The notes beneath the pieces were generated by a model, which saw nothing but the letters and a program-made list of their open reading frames with translations, made no database searches and was not told where the DNA came from. A DNA stretch of 64,000 nucleotides from Cyanophora paradoxa CCMP329 (lineage: Eukaryota > Plantae > Glaucophyta), in contig QPMI01000100.1 of assembly GCA_004431415.1 (NCBI GenBank), positions 62,001 through 126,000 of the forward strand, written 5' to 3'. Shown in pieces: positions 34,840-47,247 of this stretch (position 1 is its first letter; every line of letters starts with the position of its first letter). The translations under genes were made by a program, and so were the position numbers.

Positions 34840-35438
34840 GTGAGAGCACGCACGCGGGGGGAGAAGAGTTGGGGGAAACGAGTGCTGTAGTAGGAAGACG
34901 CTGGCTGACAGGCGCGCTGGGAATACGAGGCTGATCGAAGTTCGCCCTCAAGCCACGCCTCTGCAGCTCTCCCAGTTTGCTGATCGAGCTCTAGCTCATA
35001 ATCAGCGAGCGATGCACGGGGTGCTCTCGCCTCTCCCTGACTCTTGTGGTTTATCCGTGGGAATGGCTGATGCTGCCTTTAATGAGTGATAATGAGTGAT
35101 ACTGCAGCTTATGTCCTTTCTTCTGCCCTGGGCGCTTCCTGATAGCCTCGATTGCCGCTGCGCCGAGACCGTACCCCCCCTACCCCAGCTTCCAAGTCGA
35201 GTTTGAAAAGAGGCGGGCAAAGTTGGTGTGCTCAGCATGGTGAGCACGGGGGCGGCGCCTGCCGCCGCGGAAATCCGTCCAATTATCTTCTTCATCGGTA
35301 GCCAAGACCGGCGCGTCCTGCTCTTGCATTCGGATCTCGAGCGATGCTGGATCCCGGAAGACGGCGGTTAGGGACGCGTTCCTGGACGCGCTGGGCGACC
35401 GGCCCATCGTTGAGATCGTAGAGTTCGTCAGGGATGGC

Positions 35439-35508
35439 GTGATCTAGGCTAGAAAGATAGAAAAACGTGCTCAACTGTGTGTTTTTCTATCTTTCTAGCC
35501 TAGATCAC
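35439..35508. repeat. Perfect 28-bp inverted repeat with 14-nt spacer
   Basis: gtgatctaggctagaaagatagaaaaac (35439-35466) and gtttttctatctttctagcctagatcac (35481-35508). Confidence 0.95.
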
Positions 35509-36339
35509 TATGATCAGGCCGTCCGATAGGGAGCGGGCCATCACAGGGATTCACTCTTCCTATCTGGCGCTGTCGGGTGTCACTGTCCACATCATGGCAT
35601 AATGCATATGTGGCTTTTCATCCTGCTGGCGCCCGGGGGTGGTGGCCATGGCCCAGGGTCATGTACGTGGTCCCATGGCCACTCACTCTGAGAGTCTCCA
35701 CGTTATAGTGGGTCCCTGCAGCTGGAAGAGCCTTGCAAGCCATTCGGGGCCTCTGCACGAAGGGCGTCTTCTTTCCGAAAGGCCAATTGAAGAATGATTG
35801 CTGGCAGGCTTAAAGAGAAATATGCGGAGGGGAACCGATGAGAAGCTTAAGCTTTCGGGAGATGGCCCCTCGACGGCTACGTACTCGAAGCTTAAGCTTT
35901 TAAAAGCTCTCTGCAGAAGCTCTCTTATATGAGCTCATGATCCGATGATCAAGGCTCGCCGGCCGCGGCCGGCGGGCTCGCCCCACCGTAAAATTAAAAA
36001 CAGTGGTACCCTTCGATTTCGATCGCATTAAGAAGACGTCGAAAAATATATTTCGACGTCGAGTTTTCCCGCCGCGGCGTTCAACGCGCGCACGCGTGTG
36101 TGCATACGCAGTGGCATCTGGAGTGCGTGTCACGCTGGCAGGAGGTGCGTGAGCGCGCGCTTCCAATTTTTCGCTTTCCCGCACTTACGACCGAGGAACG
36201 CAAGCGCGCGCTCCAAATCTCCGATTCCGCGCTTACCGCCGCGTGCGCGCGTGCACGCGGGTGCAGGCGTAGCTTAGTAAGCAACGGTGCAATCTCGAGC
36301 TCATGAGATGCGCCGCGCGTTGAGCTAACCTAGCAGCAG

Positions 36340-38869
36340 ATGGATGATTACGACGAAGATGCATCTGGAGCACGGCACATGGCTGCTGCCAGGGGACAGC
36401 CTGCGCCTGAGCCTTTTTCTGAAGGTGCTGCAGAGTGTATGCTGTTCAATTCTCGTTCCTTTTCGATTGTCATAATCAGAGCTTATGACGTTGGTAGGTT
36501 GGAAACATGCCGTGGAAAGGGCGTGTGTGGAGGCATGGAAGAGTCAGAACCGGAGCGCGGTGAAATTGTATCCTTACGTCAGTATAAGCCACGTGTGCTC
36601 TTCCCTGCTCTGCAGGAAATTCTTCGGAAAGACACACATGCAGCCACACTTGCTGGAACTTGAGGATGGGGGCATGATGACAGAGCAACAGTACCAGCAG
36701 GCACTCAGCCCATCCAGATCCAGCAAAAAAGAGGTCTGCTTATCTTGTGCCCGTTGGGCAGGGTGTACAAAGTCAGAGCTTGACAGATGGCCGTGCCCTC
36801 AGGGTGTTGAAGAGAAGTCCAAGTGGCTTGACGACCAAGAGGAGATTGAGGAGAAGAAGAGAACCATGAACCATGAACAAGAACCATGGGAAAGCACAAT
36901 GGTGACGACCAAGAACAAAGAACCATGGGAAAGCACAATGGTCAATGGAGTCTTCACGATGCCCAAGAGTGAGTTGGCTCACGATGTCAAATGCATCATT
37001 GTTTTGCCACGCAGCCGGCCCACCATATCTATGCACTGGCAGAGTGGAAAGATCAGATCGAAGCAATGTGTGAGCATCATGAGACGCGCCCGGAGACAAT
37101 GTACAACTACATCAAGCATCTTCAGGTAACATCATCTGCTGCCTGATCCAGAAGCAACAGAATGCCACCTGCAGCCGGAGCTTCTTGAACTGGAGGGGGG
37201 AAGGACCATGACAGATGATGAGTTTAGGGAGGCACTCGGCTCATTTGTCATCAAGAAGATTCTGGGCTGCAGATTCAACAAGAGGATGGTGCTTGGTCTT
37301 GCTTGTGACACTGCCCACCCCCTTATTCTGAGCACACTGCTCCAGAACAAATGGGAGTTCAAAATCCAGTGGGAGGGCTGGCCCGGGGTGCACACCTGGG
37401 AGTCTTTCGAGCAATTCAACGAGACAGAGGTTTTGGCTTACCATTTCGTGCGAAGAACCTCCTGGCCACCTGCAATCTTTCCTGACCCTTGTCGCAACTG
37501 CAACTTCAGAAAGGCTGTAAGAAGTGCAAAAACTGCAATGAGCGCAAGCGGGTGCTTCGAGGCCAGGTGCACTCAAATGCTGGCAGATGGGGAGTGTTCC
37601 AATTTGACAGCAGCACCAGTGTGGGGACAAGCAGAAGGCCCCAAGCAAGACAAACACAAAAGAGGATTGTGTGGAAGGCATTTCTCCTCCAAGCAGCTCG
37701 CCCAAGCCCACTCAAATGGGCGTTGCAGCAGCTTCACACAATATGGAACTGTCTTCTTCCTCAAACGGAACAGGGACAACAGGAGGGACAGCAGCTGCAG
37801 CATTCGAACATGCTGGCTTGGCAGTGGGAGCCAACAAGGTGTGCTCAAAGTTGCTTGTGCAGTGCTCAGGGAAATATTCCAATGTAATTGCAGCGCAAGC
37901 AATCTCCCAGTAGAAAGACCACAGGTGGAAAGAGGATCAAGGAGGATTGTGGAAGCAGCTCGCCAGAGGCCACACATATGGGTGGTACTGGTGCAGAAGC
38001 CCTGGACATCATGGAACATTCTTCAAACGGAGAAGGGACGGCAGAGGAGTTGGTGGCTGCAGGCAGAAAGGTGTCTCCAAAGCTACTTGTGCATGCACCA
38101 TGCATTTCAATGTTACCGCAGCCCAAGCTCCATTGTGAGGGTAGCTCAAGCACCAACAGACACCCTCAAAACACCAAAAATGGCAACTCTGTGCAAGGAG
38201 TTCCTGCAGCGAGCAGTGCTCCAGTGCACCTGCAGATGGAGCTTGAGAGAGACTTGTCTTCAGATGAAGAAGAAAAGACAACATTGCTGGCAGCAACAGC
38301 ACCAGCAGTGGCTCCTGACTACAACGTCATAGATCTCACTTCTGATCAAGAAGGTCCAGCTGCCACTGAGAGAGAAGTGTCTTCAGATGAAGAAGAAGAG
38401 ACAGCATCACTGGCAGCAGCAGCACCAGCAGTGGCTCCTGGCTACAACGTCATAGATCTCACTTCTGATCTAGAAGGTCCAGCTGCTGCTGTAGGAACAT
38501 CATCTCCAGCCATTCCAGTGGCAGCAGCAGCATCATCATCTGTTCAGGCAGTGAAGAAGTGGAAACCTGTGCAGGTGGCAGCATGGGCACGCTCTCTTGC
38601 AGGGCCCCCCCACAACTTTGCAACCGTGGCCCTGGACTTCGCGAGAAAGCTGGAGGAAGGTAGCATTGACGGGAAGCGGCTGCTCAAGATTGAGTACAAA
38701 TACCTGCAGAAAGACTACAACATTAAACAGCGTGTCAACCAGGTAGAGATCTTCAAACTTGTGCGTCCCTGCCTGCATGCATCCTGGAGCTTGCTGTCAA
38801 GGCCTGTGGATCGTAAATGCCTTCTGTGTGCAGATCAAGGAGCTCAAGTCACAGACTACGGGAGGCTAG
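36340..38869 (+). CDS. Chromodomain + Cys cluster + duplicated SIM-like motifs + C-terminal SAM-domain protein
   Basis: Chromo FVIKKILGCRFNKRM|NKWEFKIQWEGWPGVHTWESFEQF; CKKCKNC; 41-aa repeat x2 with VIDLTSD; SAM VKKWKPVQVAAWARSL..FARKLEEGSIDGKRLLKI..VEIFKLIKELK. GT-AG introns; some internal junctions tentative. Confidence 0.75.
38245..38487 (+). repeat. 123-bp coding tandem duplication
   Basis: Units start at 38245 and 38368, each encoding SSDEEE..APAVAP.YNVIDLTSD.EGPAA. Confidence 0.92.
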
Positions 38870-39886
38870 ATCTCACACCCAAAGGTCAACCAGCAATTCA
38901 CCACTGTGTGCATTGCAGCTGATCCCAAGCAACCCCTGAGTGCAGATCTGTCAAGTCAGTCAGTCAACAGCTCCGTTCTTTCTCTCCGAGTCCCAAGTCC
39001 TGCCTCTGCATCCCAAGTGCATCAGAACAAAGTGATACTCGAACAGAGCATCATTATGTATATATGTTCCCTCTCAATATCACTTGAAAGTGTTGCCGAG
39101 TGGCCCCCAGGGCGCTTATGGCCTTGGGCCCCCCTGTTTTGAAACCTTCAAACCCCAAGGCCACTTCTGCTCTGCAGGGACCGTTGGACTCCGGGACTCG
39201 CTGAATCACATTTTGAATTCACGGACAGGACAGGCACAGAGCGAAGGGGCTCTCCTTTCTGAAGGCCAATTGAAGAATGATTGCTGGCAGGCTTAAAGAG
39301 AAATATGCAGAGGGGAAGCCACACAACCGAGTATGTCCTGCAGGGATATCGATCGGGAGATGAAACCGATGAGAGCGTTGGGCATTTTAGCAGAAGAATA
39401 AGGCTGAATACGATTCGAAACTACAGCAGTCTTGAGAACGGGAAATGGCGTGGTGTCGCTGCTGCACAAAGACAGAAAGAGTGAAGGATGCCGCATCGCT
39501 GCTGGAGAAAGACAGAAAGAGTGGAAGTCCATTTCCTACTGCACAAAGTTCCAGTCCGGACAACCTTCAATCGTCTAAAGAATAGCATCAAAGGCGGCAA
39601 AGCCTCGGCTCTCGGCGTCTCAGAGAGGCAAACACGGCCGGCCGCGGAAGTCCGTAAGAGCTGGGGGTGCGGCGCCAAGGGCGCGGCGCAAAGAGGGCAT
39701 GGAGTGATTGAAAGCAGCCGCGGGGGTCAGAGGGAGCCATGACCAACGAGTACACCAGGCCCGCCAACGCAGCCTGAAAGATCAGTCAGACTCACCTCTA
39801 TTAAATTCAAAAGAGAGCTGCGCACCGAGGCAGGTAGGCAGGGCTGACCGAGACCTCAAGACCGCGGGCCTGCGAGAAACGCATCA

Positions 39887-40375
39887 TCAACAGTGCGCCT
39901 CATGCACGCAACGATGCTTCACACCAAGAATGTCCCGAGACTTCTTCAGGGTCGCCTTGACAACGTCTTCGACTTGGGTCCCTTTTCCTCGTGGACCACG
40001 TGCACGTGAACGGGTCCGGAGGTGGATGCCAAACTCGCGCACGGTTGCAGCCAAAACGAGGCCGGCACCAACCTGAGAGGCCAGCTAGGGGTCGTGAGGC
40101 AGTATCCGCAATCGTCGGAAAAGAGCCGACTACGCACAACATATAAGCCGTTCCGCACGTCTCTGCCGGCGTGCCGCACATCCCTTCCAGCATTCTCCAG
40201 GCCGGCACGCACATCGCTTCCAGCCTTCTCCAAGCCAGCATGCACTTCGCTTCCCAACTTCTTTCCAGCGAAATACCCGACGGCGCGCGGGTCAGATGGC
40301 CGCGATGTAGCATCAGCCTGAGTAAGGATCACGTAAGGAGCACACGTGCACGCTCAAAATGCTGATGTTCACCAT
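39887..40375 (-). CDS. Small hypothetical protein with 11-mer amphipathic repeats and a short hydrophobic segment
   Basis: KLGSEVHAGLEK AGSDVRAGLEN AGRDVRHAGRDVRNGLY|VGAGLVLAATVREFG..LGVKHRCVHEAHC*; first exon uncertain. Confidence 0.45.
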
Positions 40376-41110
40376 GTTTTCTCGTACCGCTCCGCGAGAA
40401 ACTGATCCAACGCCGAGAAGGAGCGAGAGAGAACGTCAAAAGGCCGGCCGCCCGCGGGGCCGGCCTGAGCTTAAGTGCTCGTCGCCTGCCGACGGTGCGA
40501 AGCTCTCACTGCTCGCTCGGAGACGCGGTTGGCTATGATTCCGGCCTTATAATTATATAACACGCTCAGAGCGTTGATTGCGCTTCCGGATCCAAGCAAC
40601 CGGTACGTATACCTGGCAAGCGCTTGCGAGAAAGCGAGAACAACCCCCCTCCCCCCCCCCCCTCCCTCCCCCCCCCCCCCCCCTATTTCTTCTTCCCCGT
40701 CCCCCCGCGCCGGTAACAGCGCTAGCGCTAGCAAGCATGCGCATGCGCAGTTATAAAAATTTAATGCATATGGGCACACAAAAAACGGCCGGGTGACCCG
40801 GTGACCCTCCTGAGACCTTGAAACCTCAAGCTGCAAGGCCAGACCTGCCGCTAGGCTGCGCATGCTCGAGCTCCGCAGGGACTTGCTTGTAATTGATCAT
40901 CTTCCGAAGTTCTGCTAAGCTTTGTACATATATATACACGCCTGTAGCATGCGCAGACCGAAGCTTAATTGTGCATGCCAGATGTGCATGTCGTGCTGTT
41001 CACGACTCTGTGAGCCTGGTGCCCACCTGAGTCTTGTCAAAGGATAAAAAATGAAAGCCAAAACTGTATTTAACTGTCTCGCATACTACAGGCGCCATGC
41101 ACATATCATG

Positions 41111-41928
41111 CTAGTCATCATCTGCATGGTACGTTTCTTGCAAAAGCTCCTTTAGTGATAGCTGGTGCACTGTCAAGGGAGTTCATATCACAAGCTTTAA
41201 GCACACGCACCCGAATCTCGGTTGTATCATCTCCCCGCAGCGCATCTTTCAAGAAATGGCACTCCACTTTCATATTGATCTGAGGGGGGTTTCAGCTCTC
41301 GAATTTCTATGAGATGCAGGAACACACCTGCTCCAAGGCTCCTCGAATGACACCGCAAAGAATGTTCGAGTACAGCAGGCCAGCGGCGGACTCAGGCAGC
41401 TCCACGAAATCGTTGAGAGGATTTTCGTCGATAATAAAGCTGCACTCGGTCCCCTCGGGATTCCAGTTCACAACCTGAGCGACAATGCCAAGGAACATCC
41501 TGAACGCGACCTGTGCGCACGCCGTCGTTGACGGGCCGAGCGAGTCCGGCTACACCAGCGGCGAACCTTGCCAATGACCTCGGCTGTCTCGCGGAAGTCG
41601 ACGCAACGCGTGATGTTGGACTTCGCCAAGAACTCATCGATCAGCCGAGCGCCGATGTTATAACCCCTGAAGCTGTGGTCAGCTGTCGGCCGGTGGACGA
41701 GAGCGCATCCCTGCGTACATCTTGTCCAGCTGCTTGTTGACCTCTGCAACATCTTCGTAGTCCTTCACAAGCTGGGACACGAGCGAGCCGTACGTGAGGG
41801 TGAAGAGCTCAGAGTTCTGCCGCCGTCGAGTGTGAGCGCGGAAGAGTTCAGCGCGCTTTCGCGGCACCCACCACTTTCTCGATCTTGCTGAACGCCGCGT
41901 CGCCGATTCGTTGGTACGGCTTCGCCAT
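41111..41928 (-). CDS. BET3: TRAPP complex subunit BET3/TRAPPC3, intact copy
   Basis: [132 protein letters not shown]. Confidence 0.96.
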
Positions 41929-42339
41929 CGCCGCCCGCGCTGCGCCCGCGTGCGGCGGCGCCTAAAGAATGCGCGCCCCCGCGCTTCTGAACGAGTGTCG
42001 CTATTCTGACACGCGCCTGGTTAGTTGTCGGCCCCCAGAATGCTTGCTGAGAGACAGAATTGATCGCCCTGAAGCTGTACCCGCGGCGCTGAGCGTCAAA
42101 CTCAGCGTCTGACAGTGCGTCAGCTTCAGAGCACAGCTTCCCAGGCTCGCTTCGCTGCGATTGAGCTGAGCAGACTTAGCGACCGCGCGCTGCGCGCACG
42201 CTACGCGCTGGTCGGCATGTGCAGCTCCCCTTGCAGGCCGACCAGCGGCGGCCTCGGCGGGAGCATAGCTAAGCATAAGCGCGTTTGTTTTCACCAATAG
42301 CTAAGGTTCTCTGTCGAATCGCAAGCACAGCGCTCAGCG

Positions 42340-45300
42340 ATGCGCAGCTCGGCGGCAGCTGGAAGAGGCGCGAGCCCTCCTTTGCAGGGCAGCAGCTCAG
42401 CGTCGCCGGCGCCAGCGGGGCGAGGAAGGGGCGCCGGCGGCTCGCCCGGACCCCCGGCCGCGTTCTCGGCGCCCCGACGCCACGCCGAGAGCCCATGGCA
42501 CTTCGTGGCCCCCGTGGAGCTGCGGCGGGAGAACATCGTCCAGTATGTCGGAGAGACGCGCCTGGACGACGGCCTGCGGGTGCGTGCGGCTCTCGAAGGG
42601 CGCGCGGGCCGCGGCAGGACGGCGCGGTGACGAGGCGAGCGGGCGCAGGTCGCTGTGCAGAGGCTGTGCAGCGAGGAGGAGCTGCCCGAGAACCCGTACA
42701 TGTACCTCGCGAGGCAGCTGCGCGTCCTGGAGCCGCGGGACGAGTCGTGGGACCGCGAGAACGAAGCGATCCTGGAGGAGCTCTCGAACCGCGTCGCCGT
42801 CTCGGACCCCGTGACGACGATCTCGCACGCGGAGGGCGACGCGAGCTTCTGGGGTCTGCCGAACGTCGTCCGCTTCGTCGACCTGAAGCGCGCCCCGCGG
42901 CTCAAGGCGCGACATCCCTCCCATCCTTTGCTCCTCCTGCCCCTCCTCTGAACTTCGCGCCCGGTGCAGGACACGCTCCTCAAGTTCGTGTCGAAGCCTG
43001 CGGGAACGTACGACGAGTATCAGGTGCGGCTCGCCCGCCCCCGCCCGCCCCGGCCGCTCCCGGGCCGGCCCGATCCGGCGCCAGGTGCGGGTGCTGCCGT
43101 CGCTGGGCGGGGACTACGCCTTCTACGGGCGCCTGGTACCGCACCCCGCGGAGCTGCTCCTACGTGAGGCGCATGTGGTAGAGGTGCCCGCACCACGCGC
43201 CTCCAGCGGGTCTAGGAAAGAATAGGATGGGGCAGGAAGGCCCCGCCCGCCCTCGTTAGTCCAGCCTCGCTCCTACCTCGGGCGAGTGATCCCGCCTGAC
43301 TGACCTAGGGCCTGGGCGCAGGGCCCGAAGCTGGAGGCGGCGCTGAACCTGTTCGCGCTGAACGTCCTCGCCGACGCCTTCGCCCTCGACGAGGCCCTCC
43401 ACTCCGTCATCGGCGCGTACCCCCACGACTCGAGAGATCAAATTAGCCTCCAGTGACGCGGCCGGCCGCGCAGGCTTCGTGATCGAGGACGAGGCGCGCG
43501 GGGAGGGCGCCGCCCGCCGCTGGGCCATGGCCGACATGCGCGAGCGCAAGGCCGCCTTCATGGGCGAGGTCCGCCCCTCGCTAAGCTAAGATTAGAGGCG
43601 AGGAAGGAAATGGACTCTCTGCTCACTTCCTCGCCCTTCGTGTGCACAGCTGAAGGTGGCGGCGGTGGCGCGGCGGCGGCTGACGGCGGAGGTCCTCGCG
43701 CACCTCTCGGCGGAGGAGTGGGAGACGGGCGCCGAGCCGGCGATGTACGTGCGCCTCCTCAAGCAGTACACCTTCCACTTCGCCGCCTCCGAGGAGCGCC
43801 CCGCCGTCCTCCAGTGCGCCGCCGCTCAGACGGCTCAGACGGCTCAGAAAGAGAGGCTCTAACTCGTCTCCTCCCCCTCCCGCGCAGGGCGTCGAACTAC
43901 GGGCCGGCGCCGCTGGAGGCGGTCCTCGACGGGGTCTTCCTCGAGAAGGAGGACGCCGACGCGTACGTCGCCCTCCACTTCGACGAGGACCGCCGCTTCA
44001 CCCTCGGGCCCTCCTCCCGCGCCTTCCGGTGCTGCACCACCCCCTTCTGTCTTGCTTGTTGGCCTTCTTACTTAGCTTCGACCGCAGGGCGGAGATGCTT
44101 GCGCGGCTCTTCGCGGCGGTGCGCCTGAACGACCAGCTGAGCGTCGCCCGGGTCGCCCTGCGCCTCGCCCTCATGGACGGCCACTTCGAGCTCGTCCCCT
44201 CCCTCCACCGCATGCTCGCCTCCCCCGCCGCCGCCCTCGCCGCCACCTCCGCCACGAACGCGACGCTGCAGCGGCTCCTCGCCGCGCGCGGGCCGCCCTC
44301 CAAGATGGAGGAGATGGGGCGCACGCTGGGCGCCATGTACGTCTCCTACGCCCAGCGCCTCTCGGACGTCGCCGCCTCGAACAGCTCGTCGGACGTCATC
44401 GCCCTGCGGCCCGCGCTGGCGGCCACGCTCGAGTCCCTCTCGGGGGCCGCCGGCGCCCCGGGCCGCCCCGCCTCGCTCCTCCTCAACGAGCAGACGGCCC
44501 CGCGGCTGCGCCGCCTGCGCGCCATGTGCGAGGCCGTGGCGCTCACAATGGCCGAGGACCTCGCCGCCGGCTGCCTCGACGTCCGGGCGAGCCAGCCGCG
44601 GCCCCACTCTCTTTCTCTCGGCTCACGGCCCCGCAGGAGTACACGAGGCAGTGCGAGGCCGAGCTGCAGAAGCTGCAGGTAAAGCTCCGGCAGCCGCCGC
44701 CGGCGCCCACCGTCGTGCCCATGGGCGCGCGCCCTCCCGCCCCGCCCCACTTCACTTCTGCCTTCTAATCGCCCGCCTCCTCAGTCGTGCTGGTGGGGGA
44801 GGAGGTGAGGGCGCTGGAGGGGCGGCGGACGGTGCCGCGGGACCAGAGCCGCGAGTATGTCCTCGCGACGTTCCTCTCCGACATGCTCGTCGACGTCCGC
44901 CTCACCCACATCCTCTTCAACGTGAGCGGATCAAATTCGATCCGATATGATTGTCGACAAGTAATCTCTTTTAACTCGTGTACCCCCGCAGCTGCTGTGC
45001 GACACGCTCGTGCCGAACCCGTACCCGGTGCTGGTGCGGCACTTGAAGGCGGCGGGCCTGCGGTCCCAGCTGCGGAAGGGGGACGACGAGGCGATCCTCT
45101 CGCTGGCCCGCGGGCAGCTCGCCCTCGCCGACGCCCCCCGCTTCATCTACTCGGCCCGCTCCGCCGCGGCCCCCGGATCCGCCGCCGCCCTCGCCGCCGG
45201 GCCGGGGCAGCAGGCGGCCGGGGCGCAGTGCTTCGGGCTCGCCTCGGCGCTGGCCTTCGCGGACCCCCTCCTCCTCGCCGCCCTCCGCGTCGGCCTCCGG

Positions 45301-45746
45301 GCCCTCTTCCTCGCGGCCCCGCCCCCCCTCCAGGGGTACGAGTGCACCGTGCGGGGCGCCCTGGCCGGCCACGCGGTGGTGATGGGCCGCCTCGTGCGCA
45401 TGGAGCCGGGCCTGCCGCTGGGCCTCCTGGAGCGGGTCGACGTGGTCGAGGAGCTGCGCGTGACGGGCCCCAGCGTCGAGCTCGCGCTGCACCTCGCCGC
45501 CTCGACCATCGCCTCGCACGCGGAGCGCGTCGCCCTCTCCAGCCCGCACGTCGTCGAGGCCTTGGAGGCCCACGGCGCCGCCCGCTTCGGCGCCCGCGAG
45601 GTCGTCCAGCAGCGCGACGCGGTCGTCGCGTCGCTCTCGCAGGCGCTCCGCCTTGGCCAGCGCGTCTCCCTCCGCGGCGTCGCCCTCGTCGGGGAGACCT
45701 ACCTCCCCTTCGAGCAGTTCTTCCACGTCCACTACATCAACCCCTC
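42340..45746 (+). pseudogene. 3'-truncated copy of the Dpy-30-like-domain gene, fused to an ATPase 3' fragment
   Basis: Same exon structure as 55194-59548 up to HVHYINPS, then switches to ATPase sequence. Confidence 0.8.
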
Positions 45747-46136
45747 TTCCTCTTCCTCCTCACCGCCTTCGCTGGGGCAGTCCGCGGCCTTTGCCTCCTG
45801 GCTCCTCTCCCACGTCGCCGTCCCCTCGTCACCCGCTCGGGCACCCCCTGCTGCGCCCCGGGCGGCCTGGCCTCCCTCCGCGAGAACTCGGCCATGGGCC
45901 ACTGGGCCCTCGCCGCCCTCGCCTCCCTGGCTCTCTCCTTCCTCGTACCCCCCCTGCAGGATGGTCTCAAGCTGACGCCCCTCCCAGCGCACGCCTGGGG
46001 CACTGCCCTATGCGCCGCCCTCCTCGTCCTCGTGATAGGAGAGGCCGCGAAGCTCGCCCTGAGTGCCCCCATGCGCCTTGCCGCCCCCCGCAATGAGGCT
46101 GCTGCCGCTGAGAGCGCGCCCCTCCTTGCCGAGTGA
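45747..46136 (+). pseudogene. P-type ATPase C-terminal TM fragment (diverged paralog)
   Basis: SSSSPPSLGQSAAFASWLL..VTRSGTPCCAPGG..ESAPLLAE*; 1-bp deletion near 45820. Confidence 0.9.
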
Positions 46137-46366
46137 AGCGAATTCGAGAAAGAATATGCAGATATGCATATATGCATGCGCACGGAACTGGCGGGCGGTA
46201 CTTTTGCGCAACTTTGGAAAGACTCGCTGGAGACTCAGCCCTCGGCAGGAGACTCCCTTCTAGATCTCAGGCCCTCGACAAGACTGAAGGCGGTTAGGTA
46301 AAGGAACAGCGCGATTAGAAGGACAGAAAGTCATGGTTCTGTACAAAGTGGACTCACAAAGTAGAC

Positions 46367-47247
46367 TCATTTGCCCTTCGAAGCGGGCGGGACATCGATG
46401 GCTGGCGGAGTGGTGGGCGCAAGCGCCGGAGTGGTAGCTCGAGGGGTGGCGACGGCAGGCGGAGTGGTGGTTGCGGGCGGGACATCGATGGCTGGCGGAG
46501 TGTTGGGCGCAAGTGGCGGAGTGGTAGCGGGAGGAGTGGCGACGGCAGGCGGAGTGGTGGTTGCGGGCGGGACATCGATGGCTGGCGGAGTGCTGGGCGC
46601 AAGTGTCGGAGTGGTGGCGGGAGGAGTGGCGACGGCAGGCGAAGTGGTGGTTTCGGCCGGAGTTCTGGGAGCACTGGGTGACGAAGCCGGCGATGGAGAG
46701 ACGAGCGCGTCGGGGGTTAACGAGCCACTTGCGCCACTGCCCTGCGTTCCAGCATCCGATGCGCGACCAGCCGCCGCGGGGACTCGGCCCTCTTCCTGCG
46801 AGAGCGCCGCTGCGGCGCCATATGGTGAGCAAGCAGGAAAACCACGATGGCGGACTCTGCTACGTGCACACCGCGAGAACAGCAGCGAGTTGTTCTGGAG
46901 AAGATGCATTAATGAAGGAAGAAAAAGGAAGAAGTGGAAACGAAGAAGGGGCACCTCTAAGTGCTTGCAGATCGGCGTCGCGGGCTTGCAGATCGGCGTC
47001 GCGGGCTTGCAAATTACCGACGAGACGCTGGATCTCCTCTGCAAAGCGCTCGTGCTCTGCTTCGCGAAGCGCAGCCTCCTCCAATACGAACTGTTCCTGC
47101 GGCGGCAATCAGCGTGCACTGCGACAGAAGCGCGCAAATACGCACAAGAAGAGGGTTGACGATGTCTTCTGGAACTCTCAGAGCGAGAGCCTCGTTTGCG
47201 GCCCTGTAGAATTCCGCAATGCTTGGGCGGGGCGTCCGCCGCAACAT
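46367..47247 (-). CDS. Hypothetical coiled-coil protein, possibly continuing into Pro/Thr-rich repeats
   Basis: MLRRTPRPSIAEFYRAANEALALRVPEDIVNPLL|EQFVLEEAALREAEHERFAEEIQRLVGNLQARDADLQARDADLQALR|EQLAA; splice linkage to the repeat exon not resolved. Confidence 0.4.
46383..46652. repeat. 90-bp tandem repeat x3
   Basis: Units start at 46383, 46473, 46563; minus strand encodes TTTPPAVATPPATTPPLAPNTPPAIDVPPA. Confidence 0.93.

Larger units (their letters stand above)
40991..45746. repeat. ~4.75-kb dispersed duplication (BET3 + neighbour), copy A
   Basis: Colinear with 53855-58593, with many SNPs and small indels. Confidence 0.92.

Noticed and set aside
35002-35438. Short minus-strand coding-like fragments
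   Set aside because: No recognisable domain, start codon or consistent splice model.
37208-38332. Chromodomain as part of a chromovirus integrase
   Set aside because: No RT, RNase H or integrase motifs nearby; the gene has spliceosomal introns.
46383-46652. CRISPR-like array
   Set aside because: Contiguous tandem units with no unique spacers and no cas genes; eukaryotic context.
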